Made by a program: the position numbers and the translations under genes. From Octopus vulgaris (taxonomy: Eukaryota): DNA of 64,000 bases. Within the stretch, counting starts at the first letter, position 1; each line of letters begins with the position of its first letter. This document shows positions 1-12,781 of this stretch, piece after piece. Location of the stretch: positions 57,350,001 to 57,414,000 of the forward strand of contig OX597820.1 of NCBI GenBank assembly GCA_951406725.2, given 5' to 3'. The notes under the pieces are model-generated. The model was not told the DNA's origin and did not search any database. It worked only from the letters and a program-made list of their open reading frames with translations.

Positions 1-1425
1 CATAAGGGAGGTAGCAGAGCAGATGCTAAAAATTATAGGCCTATCTCTCTGACCTCACACATCAGCAAAGTCATGGAACGAATAGTCCGTAAGAAACTAA
101 TCATGTTCCTTGAAGAAAATGACTTACTGTCTGACACCCAGCATGGATTTCGACCAGGTAGAGGCTGCCTAACACAGCTCCTGCAACACTATGACTGGGT
201 GTTGAAACAGCTACTAAATGGCTCAAATGTGGATGTAATATATCTTGACTTTGCAAAAGCCTTTGATAAAGTCGACCATGGTATGATCTGTCACAAACTG
301 CGTGGTCTCGGCATAGGCGGGAAACTTGGAGAGTGGCTGCACAACTTCCTAAAAGACAGAAAACAGGCAGTTGTGAGCAATGGAGCCACCTCCAGGGAAA
401 CGCAAATAACAAGCGGTGTCCCACAGGGCACTGTCTTGGGGCCACTGATGTTCATAGTGGCCCTTTCAGACATGCCTTCAGTTGCTACGATGACCACCCT
501 TGCTAGCTATGCAGATGACACAAAGGTCTCCCACGCAATACAGAACCCTGAAAATATTGCGCATCTGCAACATGAGCTGGACACAATATACAGGTGGGCT
601 GAGGACAACAACATGCAGTTTAATGCAGGTAAGTTCCAGGCCCTGCGCTACTGGCACACAAAGGTAAATGACGTGAAGACTGGATACACTGGCCCAGGAA
701 GAATTGCAATCCCTGAGTCAAAATCAGTGCGTGACCTGGGCATTGACATGAGCAATGATGCATCTTTCCAAATGCATATTGCTAATCTGGTGATAAAATG
801 CAGACGGCTAGCTGGATGGATTCTCCGAACTTTCAGAACAAGAGAGAAGGAGACACTGATGGTCCTATGGAAAACATTTGTCCTCAGCCGCTTGGACTAC
901 TGCTCCCAACTTTGGTCACCACACAATATAAAACAAACAGCAGAACTCGAAGCAACTCAGAGAAGCTACACAAAGAAAATCGTCTCAATGCAAAATGTCA
1001 GCTACTGGGAAAGACTGAAGGTATTAAACCTCTTCTCCCTGGAGCGGAGGCGGGAGAGATATGCAGTAATATACATCTGGAAAATCCTGGAGGGTCTTGT
1101 CCCAAACTTTGGCATTCAAAGTTACTCCAACCGCAGAACGGGGCGCCGCTGCGTGGTGCCAAGGATTCCAACATCACCATCAAAATACAGGTCCAGATAC
1201 TGCAACAGCTTGGGTTTCAGAGGACCACAGCTTTTCAACATCCTCCCTAAATGCCTGAGAGACTTACATGGTGTGGATGTGGGTTTCTTTAAAACTAAAC
1301 TGGATCTCTTCTTGTTGGGAGTCCCAGATGAACCTACCTCACGACAGGAGACACGGATGCGGGCAGCAGCATCGAACTCCCTTGTTGATCAAGTGCCACG
1401 TATCAGAGGTGGATTCACAAACTAG
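1..1425 (+). CDS. CR1-group non-LTR retrotransposon ORF2, RT domain plus C-terminus; 5'-truncated by the window edge, no stops
   Basis: Frame open from base 1 (HKGG..NYRPISLTSHISKVMERI). RT motifs QHGFRPGR, YLDFAKAFDKVDH, SGVPQGTVLGP, YADD, DLGI. CR1-type C-terminus LDYCSQLWSP and YWERLKVLNLFSLERRRER. Confidence 0.95.
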   Translation, partial: HKGGSRADAKNYRPISLTSHISKVMERIVRKKLIMFLEENDLLSDTQHGFRPGRGCLTQLLQHYDWVLKQLLNGSNVDVIYLDFAKAFDKVDHGMICHKLRGLGIGGKLGEWLHNFLKDRKQAVVSNGATSRETQITSGVPQGTVLGPLMFIVALSDMPSVATMTTLASYADDTKVSHAIQNPENIAHLQHELDTIYRWAEDNNMQFNAGKFQALRYWHTKVNDVKTGYTGPGRIAIPESKSVRDLGIDMSNDASFQMHIANLVIKCRRLAGWILRTFRTREKETLMVLWKTFVLSRLDYCSQLWSPHNIKQTAELEATQRSYTKKIVSMQNVSYWERLKVLNLFSLERRRERYAVIYIWKILEGLVPNFGIQSYSNRRTGRRCVVPRIPTSPSKYRSRYCNSLGFRGPQLFNILPKCLRDLHGVDVGFFKTKLDLFLLGVPDEPTSRQETRMRAAASNSLVDQVPRIRGGFTN

Positions 1426-1498
1426 TGTGGCTCATTCAGCGGTGGTGCCCCAGCATGGCCGCGGCCTTCGGGCTAAAACATTTTTAAGGATTTAAGGA
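1426..1498 (+). mobile_element. LINE 3' UTR with stem-loop and short-repeat tail
   Basis: GGTGGTGCCCCAGCATGGCC, hairpin GGCC-TTCG-GGCT, then TTTAAGGA x2 running into (TA)n. Confidence 0.85.
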
Positions 1499-1632
1499 TA
1501 TATATGTATGTATGTATATATATATTATATATTTATATATGTATGTATGTATGTATATATATATATATATACATATTATATATATATATGTATGTATATA
1601 TATATTATATATATATATATATATACATATAT

Positions 1633-1671
<39 letters not shown>

Positions 1672-2062
1672 TGTATATATATATGTACATGTATATATAT
1701 ATATATATATATTCACACACATATGCATATATACATACATACATACATACACACACATATATATGTATACGTATATACCTATATATGTACTTATATACAT
1801 ACTTATGCATATGTGTGTGTATGTGTGTGTGTGTGTATGTATGTACATGTGTGCATGTGTGTGGGTGTATCTTGAAACAGATGTATAAAACTTTAAATTT
1901 ATTACGACTGCTAGTTTCACTCTGCAAATCGTCAGAAAATAACTTTGACATACCTTCATTCTTTGAATGCTATTATAACAATGAAGAGAATGTTTATTTC
2001 AAATTATTCATCTAGTATCTATTTATTTCTCCCTTTCCCTCTCTCTATGTGTATATATATAC

Positions 2063-2141
<79 letters not shown>

Positions 2142-2210
2142 TATACATATATATATATATACACACACACATACATATATGCATAATATATGCACACACA
2201 CACACCTCTC
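1499..2210. repeat. Compound (TA)n/(TATG)n/(CA)n microsatellites; similar tracts recur throughout the window
   Basis: Directly visible; source of the YIYI/HTHT pseudo-ORFs. Confidence 0.95.
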
Positions 2211-2717
2211 TGTATAGTATATATTGTATTATTTTTGTTCTTTCTGTTTTTAGGTATAAACAGCTGAAAGCTTGTTTATGCAAATATATTCTTTTCCCAT
2301 TTCTAGTCTAATGTAACATATATAAATTCTAAATGAAGAGATAATAAAATTTTAAAAATTATAATACGTAAGCAGTTAAATTAAGAGAATGTACAATTCT
2401 TAAGACCCTTATTAATATAGTATGTGTTTTTTCAACTTAAAAAGGTCAAAACATTAATGTTGATAGCATATAGTTGTCTACCTTTGATATTAATTTTATG
2501 ATTGCAAAGACTAGCTTTAAATGAAAACCATGCTCTTTTCCTGTATCTTTACTACATATATGTATATATATGTGTGTGTGTGTGTATCTTTATATATATG
2601 TATGTATGTACAAATATATATAGATACCCATATAGCTGTGTATGCACACATATATGTATACATGTATGTGTGTGTGTATATATATATATATATATAATGG
2701 GAGGGATAGATAGATAA

Positions 2718-2788
<71 letters not shown>

Positions 2789-3592
2789 GCAATGATGCGG
2801 CAGGAAGTGTTACTGCTGTCTTTTCATTTGTTGCTGATCTTTGAAACTGCATAAACATATATTATGCATATATATGACATAAAATTTTAAAATTGAAAAA
2901 CACAGATGCATATTAATAAGGATTTTAAGGAGAGAGTGCCTTCCTTTATAAGATTCAGAGATTTCTTAGCTCTCTTTAAATTTAGAGATATATTGCACAT
3001 TTGAATACACAAGAAATGGGAAAAACAAAAAAAAATGTATGTATATAAATGTGCTCTCAACTGCTTAAATTTAAGAAAAATATAACCTGTGTATAGAAAT
3101 GCAAACATAAATTCAGATATGGATAATTCATGAATGAAACTGAAATAACCTTTCTCCTCCATTATTTCAACATTCATAGATTTAAGGAGGATTAATATCA
3201 TGTAGATATGAAGTGGTAGGGAGCCTAACCGTCAAAATGAAATTGATGGTTTAAATTCAGCATTTAAATGAAGAAATTAAATGTTACATTTCCGCATTAA
3301 GTTCTCTAGAACATAAAATTACTTAAACACATATGTGTGTGTATTTATAAGTAAGGGACTGCAAAGTTTAATAGGTAATTTTCCGATACCTCTGTTAAAT
3401 TTTTGCTCTATCTACAGTATTGAGGTCTCATTCTTAGAAATATATATATATATACACAATGCACAAACATGCTCCAGCATGGACACAGTTCTTTAGCTGA
3501 AGCAAAAATTAAAACATATTTATGTGTGTGTATGTGTTTATATATGTATGTGTTTGTGTGTGCATAGATATATATGTACAATATGTATAGTA

Positions 3593-3915
3593 AAGGTGCA
3601 TGGCTTAGTGGTTAGAACATTTGGCTCATAGTCATAAGGTCATGAGTTCAATTTCCAGCAAAGCATTGTGTCCTTGAGCAAGACTCTTTATTTCACATTG
3701 CTCCAGTCCATTCAGCTGGCAAAAATGAGTTGTATCTGTATTTCAAAGGGTTGTCCTTGTCGCACTTGTGTCACGTTGAATCTCCCTGAGAACTTCATTA
3801 AGGATACACATGTCTGTGGAGTGCTTAGCCACTTGCACCTTAATTTCACAAGCAGGCTGTTCCATTAATTGGATCAACTGGAACCCTTGATGTCATAACC
3901 AACGGAATGCCAGTA
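3593..3915 (+). mobile_element. tRNA-derived SINE, type C (Meta/MESC-like body)
   Basis: A-box TGGCTTAGTGG, B-box GAGTTCAATT, body TTGTGTCCTTGAGCAAGAC..TTGCTCCAGTCCA. Related heads at about 13030-13325(-), 14121-14425(+), 17980-18223(-), 19420-19750(-), 26128-26395(+), 33525-33815(+), 41985-42172(-), 56570-56787(-). Confidence 0.75.
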
Positions 3916-3950
3916 GTAAATATACGTGTGTGTGTGTGTGTGTTTTCACT

Positions 3951-4282
3951 CCAGCATGGCTGTGTGGTAAGAAGCTTGCTTCCTAATAACATGGTTTTGG
4001 GTTCAGTCCCACTGCATGGCACCTTGGGGAAGTGTCTTCTATTATAGCCTTGGGACAACCAAGGCCTTGTGAGTGGATTTGGAAAATGGAAACTGAAAGA
4101 AGCCTGCTGTATATAGGTGTGTGTATCTTTGTGTTTATCTCTCCACCACTACTTGACAACCAGTGCTGGTGCATCTACGGTTCAGCAAAAGGGTTCAATG
4201 GAGTCCAGGTGGTCGATGCATTTGGATGAAAATTCTTCAGCATTGTCATAGTCAAATGACTGAAATAAGTAAAAAATAAAAG
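3951..4282 (+). mobile_element. tRNA-derived SINE, type A (dominant family), diverged copy
   Basis: TGGCTGTGTGGTAAG..GGTTCAGTCCC head, CCTTGGG(C)AAGTGTCTTC core, GTCAAATGACTGAAATAAGTAAAA tail. Confidence 0.8.
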
Positions 4283-4289
4283 TTGTGTG

Positions 4290-4349
<60 letters not shown>

Positions 4350-4352
<3 letters not shown>

Positions 4353-4749
4353 TTTTATTTACTTCAGTCATTTGATTGCAGCCATGCTGGAGCACCACCT
4401 TCAGTCGAACAAATCGATCCCAGGATTTACTCTTTGTAAGCCAAGTAGTTATTCTATTGGTCACTTTTTGCTGAACTGCTAAGTTATGGGGACGTAAACA
4501 CACCAACATTGGTTGTCAAGCAATGACAAATGGGGGGACAAACACAGACACAAATACACACACACACACACACATATATATATGCAATGGGCTTCTTTCA
4601 GTTTCCATCAACGAAATCCATTCACAAGGCTTTGGTTAGCCCACAGCTATAGTAGAAGACACCTGTCCAAGGTGCCATGCAGTGGGACTGAATCTGGATC
4701 CATGTGATTGGTAAGCAAGCTACTTATCACACAGCCACTCCTGCACCTA
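4350..4749 (-). mobile_element. SINE type A, full length
   Basis: Reverse complement of the 8098-8497 copy; lies tail-to-tail with 3951-4282 across (TA)n. Confidence 0.85.
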
Positions 4750-4989
4750 TCTATCTTTCTATCTATCTATCTCTCTCTCTCTCTTTCTCTCTCTCTCTCC
4801 CTCTCTCTCTCTCTATATATATATATCTATATATATATACTTATGCTTGTTTGCTCATATAAATAAGGCTTTCACATACTAAAATGCAAAAGTACATAAT
4901 ACCTAATGCTTCAGAAGGGTTTGTAAAACATATATGTTGGTTTAGTTATAAGTGCACAGAATTATAATTCTGTTTCAACCCCTGAGGGT

Positions 4990-5480
4990 CTTTTGCAAAT
5001 TAAAATATTGAAGTATGTATTAGGACTGAAAAGGTAAGAGAGAATGTAATGAAGGCAGGAAGAAAGAAAGAAAGAAAGAAAGGTGTTTTGATGATTAAAG
5101 TGGTGACGTGGTGGAGGAAAGCTTTCCAGCAAGAGAATCTGCAAAATTTGTTGGAGGATATAGGAAAATTGCAAAGACTTGAATATTGGCTTTAAATAGA
5201 GTTTGAAATTACGTCTTCTCAAATGAAAAAGTGGTCTATATAAAGTGTGCATTAAGGGCTGAGACCATGGTCGTGTGAATTGAAACTAATATACTGATAA
5301 AAATATGGGTTGTCAGAGAAATAGACAAAGGTCTTAATATGTATAGAGAATTGTTGTACTCGTAGTTATAATTGTACCAATAAAGTTAATAATAGGTTTT
5401 CTTTAGAATATTGAGGAAAGTAAAATTTAGAATGTTCTGGAAATTGAATGCAGTAGAACTAGAGAATGAGGAAAGGAGTG
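4990..5480 (-). pseudogene. Highly degraded CR1-like LINE 3' fragment
   Basis: Weak KLYLKPIF..LLLES similarity to the LY..VRP.LEY..LE region of CR1 ORF2. Confidence 0.35.
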
Positions 5481-5711
5481 GTGGGGAAAAAAATAATTTT
5501 GAGTTACGCAAATTATGAGGTCTATAAATGAATGTACATTCACATATATATAGATATGAATTACGTCTGTTTAAAATGTATATTCATCTGAATATATATT
5601 CATACATGTATCTACACATTTTTCAAATAGACATTTATACATAATTATATGTACAAAGCCATGTAGTTATACTCATACACACACACACATATATGTACAC
5701 ACACACACATT

Positions 5712-5864
<153 letters not shown>

Positions 5865-6388
5865 GGGTATAGATTTATGAATTTGTGTGAATTTTTGTTG
5901 CTGCATGGTTCCTGATGTAAAATATTGTTATATTCGGGATGGTCATTTTTCCCTTTTTTGTCAAATAAACACTTGCATTATACATTTGTTCTTCACTTGT
6001 TTATTACTGTTCTGTTTTTATTTAAAAAAAAAAATAACAGTAATAAACAGTCTTGTTTTTTTTCATTATTTGATCTGATATGAGAGAGTTTCTACAGCTG
6101 GATGGCCTTCCTAACACCAACCACGCTGAGAGTGCAGTGGGTGGTTTTTACATGCCACCGGCACAAAGGTCAGTCAAGCGGTACTGGCATTGACCATGCT
6201 CAAATGGTGTTTTTTACATGCCACCAGCACAGGAGCCAGTCAGGTGGCACTGGCAACGATGTGTGTGTTTATTTGGCGAAAAAAAGGAAAATGACCGTCC
6301 CGAAATATAATGGTATGGATATAGATATATACATATGTTTTAATGTGTGTATGTGTGTGTGTGCACATGTGTGTCTATATATATATAT

Positions 6389-6734
6389 AAAACTTAGAAA
6401 ACTTAGATAAAACTTAGATATGTTTCGACCAGAGATTGGTCCAGGCCATGTCTAACTTAATAGCACCACCTGATAGGATTATTCGAATCCTGTTTAAGTC
6501 AAGTTTTGTTCAAGTAGTGAGTTCTTGTTGGGTGAGTTGTATCCAGTTTTGTTCAAGTAGTGAGTTCTTGTTGGGTGAGTTGTATCCAATTATGGGTGGC
6601 TTATCTGGTATTCTTTGAAGGAATCTATCCAGACTCTGTTTAAAGTTGATGGGATCCTTTTCCTCTTTGATCTCCCTCGGGACAATGTTAAATAGGGCAG
6701 GGCCTGTTGAGGAAAAGAAATTATGTTGCAGTGT
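6389..6734 (-). mobile_element. 3' end of a second CR1-group LINE family
   Basis: Minus strand reads TLQHNFFSSTGPALFNIVPREIKEEKDPINFKQSLDRFLQRIPDKPP, homologous to GPQLFNILP..FKTKLDLFLLGVPDEP of ORF 1-1425. Tail GGTGGTGC..CATGGCC-hairpin-GAAACA-(TCTAAGTTT)n. Another tail copy at about 16250-16320(+). Confidence 0.8.
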
Positions 6735-6805
6735 AATATAAGAATTTTTTGGTTAATGAGATAAAACCAAGGTTGTGTAGATATTAGAACAATTATAGAT
6801 AGAAG

Positions 6806-6857
6806 CTCTTACAGCTGTTTCCATGATATTCATTAATTATATCCCTTCATCAGAGAT
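6806..6857 (-). ncRNA. Type I hammerhead ribozyme-like motif (PLE-type)
   Basis: tct-CTGATGA-agggatat..atatcatg-GAAAC-AGCT-GTA-aga; intact core, palindromic stem III, stem II partly decayed. Confidence 0.6.
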
Positions 6858-7060
6858 GGTGTGAGAAGATGGTTAAGTAATAATTAATTTAGATGGGATA
6901 CAAAACAGAGAGTGACGTGGAGGAAAGAAAATAGATGTGAGATATGTAGGGATATTGAATTTGTAGATCCATTCTTTTAGGCAGAATGGTATATATGTAA
7001 GATTCCAATACCTTATGAGTAAAATCCAACAGCATTTAGAATTGTTCATTCATATATATA

Positions 7061-7275
7061 TATTAAAACAGAAAAGTGGAAAAAGTTTTGCTATAATTTA
7101 TTTTGTATTACATCTTTCATTACCAACTGGTAATTCCTGGTCTGATGAATTACTATAGTAGGAGAATTTTTACATGTCTTTCTACTTGTTTACCTATGTA
7201 ACTCCTGTTGGTAATGAAACATATGTAACATGGAATAAATAATGCAGAAAGTATTTACCAGTTTTCTGTTTTAAT
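7061..7275 (+). mobile_element. PLE-type terminal repeat with inverted partial copy and hammerhead motif (7136-7233)
   Basis: CTGATGA-attac..gtaat-GAAAC-ATAT-GTA followed by AATAAA; 7061-7127 is an inverted copy of 7207-7275. Confidence 0.6.
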
Positions 7276-7427
7276 ATGTAATAACTCTGTAATAAACGTT
7301 TGCCAGTATTTTACAGAATTTTCAACTCTCATATAAAATATGACATCTATGAATATTCTTTAGAGAACTGGATTATGCAGATGTGCTTCATGTGGGCAGA
7401 GCTTGGATTATAACCCAATCTATATAC

Positions 7428-7474
<47 letters not shown>

Positions 7475-8097
7475 GATGATGATGATATATATACAGATAT
7501 ATATCATCATCATCATCATCGTCATTTGGCATCCATTTTCCATGCTGCCATGGGTTGGACAGTTTGGCAGGAGCTGGTCAGCTGGAGAGTTACCCAGGCT
7601 CTATGTATATTTTGGAATGTTTGCTACAGTCAGATATCCTTCCTAACACCACAAAATGCATACACACACACACACACACACATACACACATACACACACA
7701 CATATGAGAGAGAGAGAAACAATTGTGCAGATAAATTAGATATATTAAATATAATATACTAGTTTAGGTATAAAACACAAAATAAGTATATATATATATA
7801 TATATATACATTCAAAATGATAGACAACAAAAGTGGAGACTTTCAGACAATGAATATTTAAGTACAAATATATAGACATTTACATTAATAGATCCAACTT
7901 ATGCAGAGTACAAATAACAGAAAATTTAAATAATTTGGGCTTATCAATATAAATATCTATATATTTGTACTTAAACATTCATCGTCTAAAAGTCATCTTT
8001 TTCTTTCTCATTTTGCATGTATACACATATATATACCCAAACTATTATGTTATATTTAATGTATCTAATTCATTTATTTCCATAATTGCCACTATAT

Positions 8098-8497
8098 AGG
8101 TGCAGGAGTGGCTGTGTGGTAAGTAGCTTGCTAACCAACCACATGGTTCTGGGTTCAGTCCCACTGCGTGGCATCTTGGCCAAGTGTCTTCTGCTATAGC
8201 CCTGGGCCGACCAATGCCTTGTGAGTGGATTTGGTAGAAGGAAACTGAAAGAAGCTTGTCGTATATATATATATATGTGTGTGTGTGTGTTTGTGTGTCT
8301 GTTTGTCCCCCTAGCATTGCTTGACAATCGATGCTGGTGTGTTTACGTCCCCGTCACTTAGCAGTTCGGCAAAAGAGACCGATAGAATATGTACTGGGCT
8401 TACAAAGAATAAGTCCCGGAGTCAATTTGCTCGACTAAAGGCGGTGCTCCAGCATGGCCGCAGTCAAATGACTGAAACAAGTAAAAGAGTAAAGAGT
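8098..8497 (+). mobile_element. SINE type A, young full-length copy
   Basis: tRNA-like head, CORE-like CTTGGCCAAGTG, internal (TA)n(TG)n, tail GGCGGTGCTCCAGCATGGCCGCAGTCAAATGACTGAAACAAGTAAAAGAG. Confidence 0.9.
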
Positions 8498-8640
8498 ATA
8501 TCCACTCAACTTGATCCCTCATAGCCATTCTTTATCTTGTGGAATGATCCCCTGGAATGAGATCAGAATCTAAGTTTGAATCTCTTTTGAGCCATACTAA
8601 GTGTCTTCTATAGGGAGAATCACTGGATTTCATCTGTGGA

Positions 8641-8685
<45 letters not shown>

Positions 8686-8715
8686 TTATGTATGTATATA
8701 AACATATATATATAA

Positions 8716-8757
<42 letters not shown>

Positions 8758-8768
8758 CTTTAACAAGA

Positions 8769-8854
8769 ATAGTGTCTTTGAAGTTTCATCCTAATAAGCC
8801 ATCATCAGAAAGTCCAATGATGGCTTAGCTTGGCTGAAACTTCAAAGTCACTAT
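8769..8854. ncRNA. Head-to-head pair of degenerate hammerhead motifs
   Basis: Minus: CTGATGA-tggct..aggat-GAAAC-TTCAAA-GAC. Plus: cCAATGA-tggct..tggct-GAAAC-TTCAAA-GTC-actat. Confidence 0.5.
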
Positions 8855-10158
8855 CAATACAATTCTCATTAAGAATAATATATTTGTACTCTCCCAAATA
8901 CATTGAGTAATCCCTAGGTTTAATGTAAAATTGTTTTTATTATAACATAAAAACAAACATAAATACATATATATATAAACATGCACATATATATATTACT
9001 TTGCTAGACTCATCACACTTTTTTCCCTTTACTTCTTATTTTCCATTCCCCGCTCCCTATTGGGCTCCCATCTTCAATTTTTACTCCCCTAGATAATCAT
9101 ACTATCTGTGCTTTTACATCCGTGATTGCCTTCACCTGCCAACTGTCAATAACCACAAATGTCAATTACCTAGCCTTATTTCACTCACTGATGAATTTAT
9201 CATGAAAGTAAAAGAAATAGTCTTTTAAGAGTAACTTTGCATTAAATAAATTACTGCCTACTGGATTCATTGAGTACCTTATTTAAATTGTGATTCCTTT
9301 CATTCCTAGAATCATTAACAACAATTAAATGTAATATAAATCAAAGACATGGAGACACAAGCACACACACACACATACATATATAAGCACACAAACATAT
9401 ATGTAGTTAAGAAGCTTGCTTTGTGACCACGTGATTTCGGATTCAGCTTGATGGCATGGCACCTTGGGTCAGCAATGCCTGTGAGTGATGGCAACTGTAT
9501 GGAAGCTTGCCATGTATATATATATGTGTGTGTGAGTCTATATGTATCATTGCATCTGTGTTTGTCCCCACCACCACCACCACCACCACCACCACCTCTT
9601 GGCAATTGTCGGTTTATTTACTTTTCCTATAATTTAATGATTTGACCCTAGAGAGACAGATAGTACAAGCACCTGATTTAAAAAGAAAAACAAGTATTGG
9701 GGTTTATTTCTTTGACTAATACCTTTCAAAACCCTTGACACAAACCCTTACTGGCTGTAGTACAACGTTCGAAACAAGAAGGTAAAAGAAGATACATTTA
9801 TTTACATGTACACAAAAAAATATAATCAAACATGTATGTACACATAGAGTAGAACCTCATCACCCAAAATTTTCGTCAACAGAAACCATTTTCCTCAAAC
9901 TTAGCCCCTTTCACCCCACCAGGCTCCCATCTTATATATACACATACCAATTGTGTGTATATATATATATATAGGGAAAATTCACAAAAAAACAAAAGAT
10001 GAAGACAGGTGGTGTAGAAAACAAACAGATGTATTAGTATAACACTCGGGAATTGAAAGAGTCTTTAATGTCTTTATATATATATATCTGTCATCAAACT
10101 CTTTAATTTCACACTCTCCGTAAGAATCTATCTTTATTTTCAGAAACACACTATATTA

Positions 10159-10406
10159 CAGTGGAACCTTGACTTGTGATTTTAATTCATTCCTGAAGGC
10201 TGTTCATCTCCTGAAATGTTTGTAAACATAAACTATTTTTCCAATAGAAAATTCAATTGATTCTCCCAGCTTGTCACCAACTGTTGTCAGCTTGCATGCT
10301 CATTAAATGAGACACTGTTCATCACCAGAGGCATTTTATGTTGGAAAAATCGTTTGTAAACTGATTTGTTTGTGATAGGAGGCATTTGTAGACTGAGGTT
10401 CCACTG
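10159..10406. mobile_element. pogo/Tigger-type MITE; decayed second copy at about 10710-11017
   Basis: TIRs CAGTGGAACCT / AGGTTCCACTG flanked by TA on both sides. Confidence 0.8.
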
Positions 10407-10634
10407 TATATCCAGTTCCCAAGAAAGACAACTCATGTGACCCAGTCAACCATAATCTTATTACACTTACTTTTACTATTCATACAGTAATAGAAACAAA
10501 TAGTAACAATATTCTCAAAAACTCTCTCTTTTCTCATGACTATGAGTATGTTTTCTATAGAGCCACATCCACCAGAGACCTACTCTCTTATATTACTCAC
10601 CAGTGGGCTCTTACTTTAGAGAGAGAGAGAGAGA

Positions 10635-10720
10635 GTCAATGAAAACAGTGTTGTTGCCCTGGACACTAGCAAATCCTTCTACTGTGTCTGGCATATAAAT
10701 CTCCTATTAAAACCTCTAAC
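10635..10720 (+). pseudogene. Old LINE RT fragment
   Basis: Reads VVALDTSKSFYCVWHINLLLK, matching the ALDISKAFD.VWH..LL.K motif. Confidence 0.5.
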
Positions 10721-11049
10721 CTTGATCTATAAATTTAATTCATTCCTGAAAGTCATTCATCACCTGAAATGTTCATAAACTAAAACTATTTTTTCTCAAT
10801 GCACAGTGAATTTGAGCAGGGATGTGCAATGAACAAAAGCTAGACAGCAACTGACACTCTCTTGCTGAAGTTTGCAGCTTGTCACCAACTGTTATTGCCA
10901 GCTTGTGTGTTCATTACTTGAAATACCAGTCATCACCTGAGACAGCTTATGTTAAAAAACTATTCTTGAACCAATTTGTTTATGATGTGAGACATTCATA
11001 AAATGAAGTTCTATTGTAAACATATACACACACACATAAGCATGTAGAT

Positions 11050-12200
11050 AGATCTCTTCATCAAAAAGTTCCAAAATTTGGAGAAGGTTTTATTCCAGTT
11101 TGTTAATTCTGACATTTATATTATCATGCATGCAAGGAAATCTTTGCTAATTTGTGATAATCATTTTGAGTTAAATGTAGTGTTCGGTGATTGTTTTATG
11201 TACATAGATACGGATATTGCATGATGCTACTGTGGTTTGTGATTTGATTAGGTTGTGCAATTTAGACATCACAAGAAATAATGACCAGCAGAGTTTAGTC
11301 TTCACTACGATCATTGACAACTCATTTTGTGTAGTTTGAATGAGGTATAGATGCTGTTAGAAAGGAGTTTAACATTTAAAAGATCACAGTAGATATGAAT
11401 CTTAGTGATAGTTGATTTCAAAGGTAATACAACAGATTTAGGAGAAATTTCAATATATTAATATTAATATGAATTACTTGAATTCTGACCATTGCAGCTT
11501 AATCCAATAATCATTAAAAACTTAGTTAATAACATTAGTTAGCATGTATCTAGCTTATCCTCTGATGAGAAATCTTTTAAACATGCAGCTCATTATAAGA
11601 ACACATTAAAAGATAGGGGATTCAGAAATGGATTACATTACATATAGAATACTAATATTCTTAAACATGGAAATAAGAAACGAAATATTTATGTGGTTTA
11701 GTCCACCTTGTGGTTAAAATTATCCTTCTAATCTTGAGAAGATTTTCCCAAAATTAGCATTTTCCACAGACCACTAGTATCATAAGGGATTCAATAAAAA
11801 GGAAGTTATTGTGGCATCAGAACTTCACTGCTTCCAATGCTTTTATAAACAAATAAATAACATAGTATGAACATGCAAAATTCTCATAGTCTAATTGCAA
11901 GAACGGTATTGCGGATTAGAATAGAAACAAAATGTCATATAAAAATTTCTAAAAATCCATTAAAAATATTTTTTGCAGCGTATGTGTACATTTAGATCAT
12001 GTATAAAAACAGAACATTATTTCGCTATTGCAATACATCTGGAGTTTTAAAAAATGATAATAATCCCATTTACAAAATAAGTTTGTCTGATATTGAATAC
12101 ACAATCCCCAGGTTATGTTAATAGTTCCACAAGATGTGATTACTATATCTTGGAGAAGTATAACATTCTATTATAGGTTACTGCAATTTTGAGGAAAATA
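11050..12200 (+). pseudogene. Degenerate Penelope-like element ORF (RT and linker toward GIY-YIG)
   Basis: Frameshifted peptides IIMHARKSLL, LSSDEKSFKHAA, NKKRNI..WFSPP; these match PLE motifs (RKRNIIWFNPP). Confidence 0.7.
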
Positions 12201-12490
12201 TCAGAACTAGTGATCTCTTGCAGACACTTTCATTGCTTTCTATTAAGGAACAGGATAAAATATTTTATGTTCTGTTTAATGGATTTGTTATACATAGTCA
12301 TATAAATAAAAACACTTACTTATTCATGAATACTAAATGTACATTAAGCACAGCCTCCTCCTTTGGTTATGTGTGCTTTTATATGTGGGATGCTGAAAGC
12401 ATAAAACACATTTTTCTTGCATACGAAAAAGTTGTTGCAAGTGTGACACATGTTCTAGTATGTTTTGTCAACCAATACTATGTATGTATG

Positions 12491-12532
<42 letters not shown>

Positions 12533-12552
12533 CATATACATACATATACATA

Positions 12553-12587
<35 letters not shown>

Positions 12588-12739
12588 AATTAATTTGGCA
12601 TTAGAAATTTTTTCGTTTGCCTTTATTTATGAATTGTTAATTAATTTAACCTTAAAAGGTATTTTTTAATATGCTGGCCATTGATAAAATTTTTGGGGGA
12701 AAACAATTTTTTTCGAAAAAAGTTTTATCCTACATTAGA

Positions 12740-12781
<42 letters not shown>

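Noticed and set aside
798-1250. 150-aa overlapping ORF and antisense ORFs within the LINE
   Set aside because: Shadow frames of the RT ORF with no recognisable motifs.
1484-2283. Many [12 protein letters not shown] ORFs here and throughout the window
   Set aside because: Translations of dinucleotide and tetranucleotide microsatellites, which lack stop codons by composition.
2254-2311. Plus-strand splice acceptor with a short open frame
   Set aside because: No donor or supporting exons; pyrimidine tracts ending in AG are common here.
9183-9232. CTGATGA..GAAA candidate hammerhead
   Set aside because: Stems II and III do not pair convincingly; not counted.
11562-11575. CTGATGAGAAA as a hammerhead core
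   Set aside because: Lies in the PLE coding relic (LSSDEK) and has no stem II.
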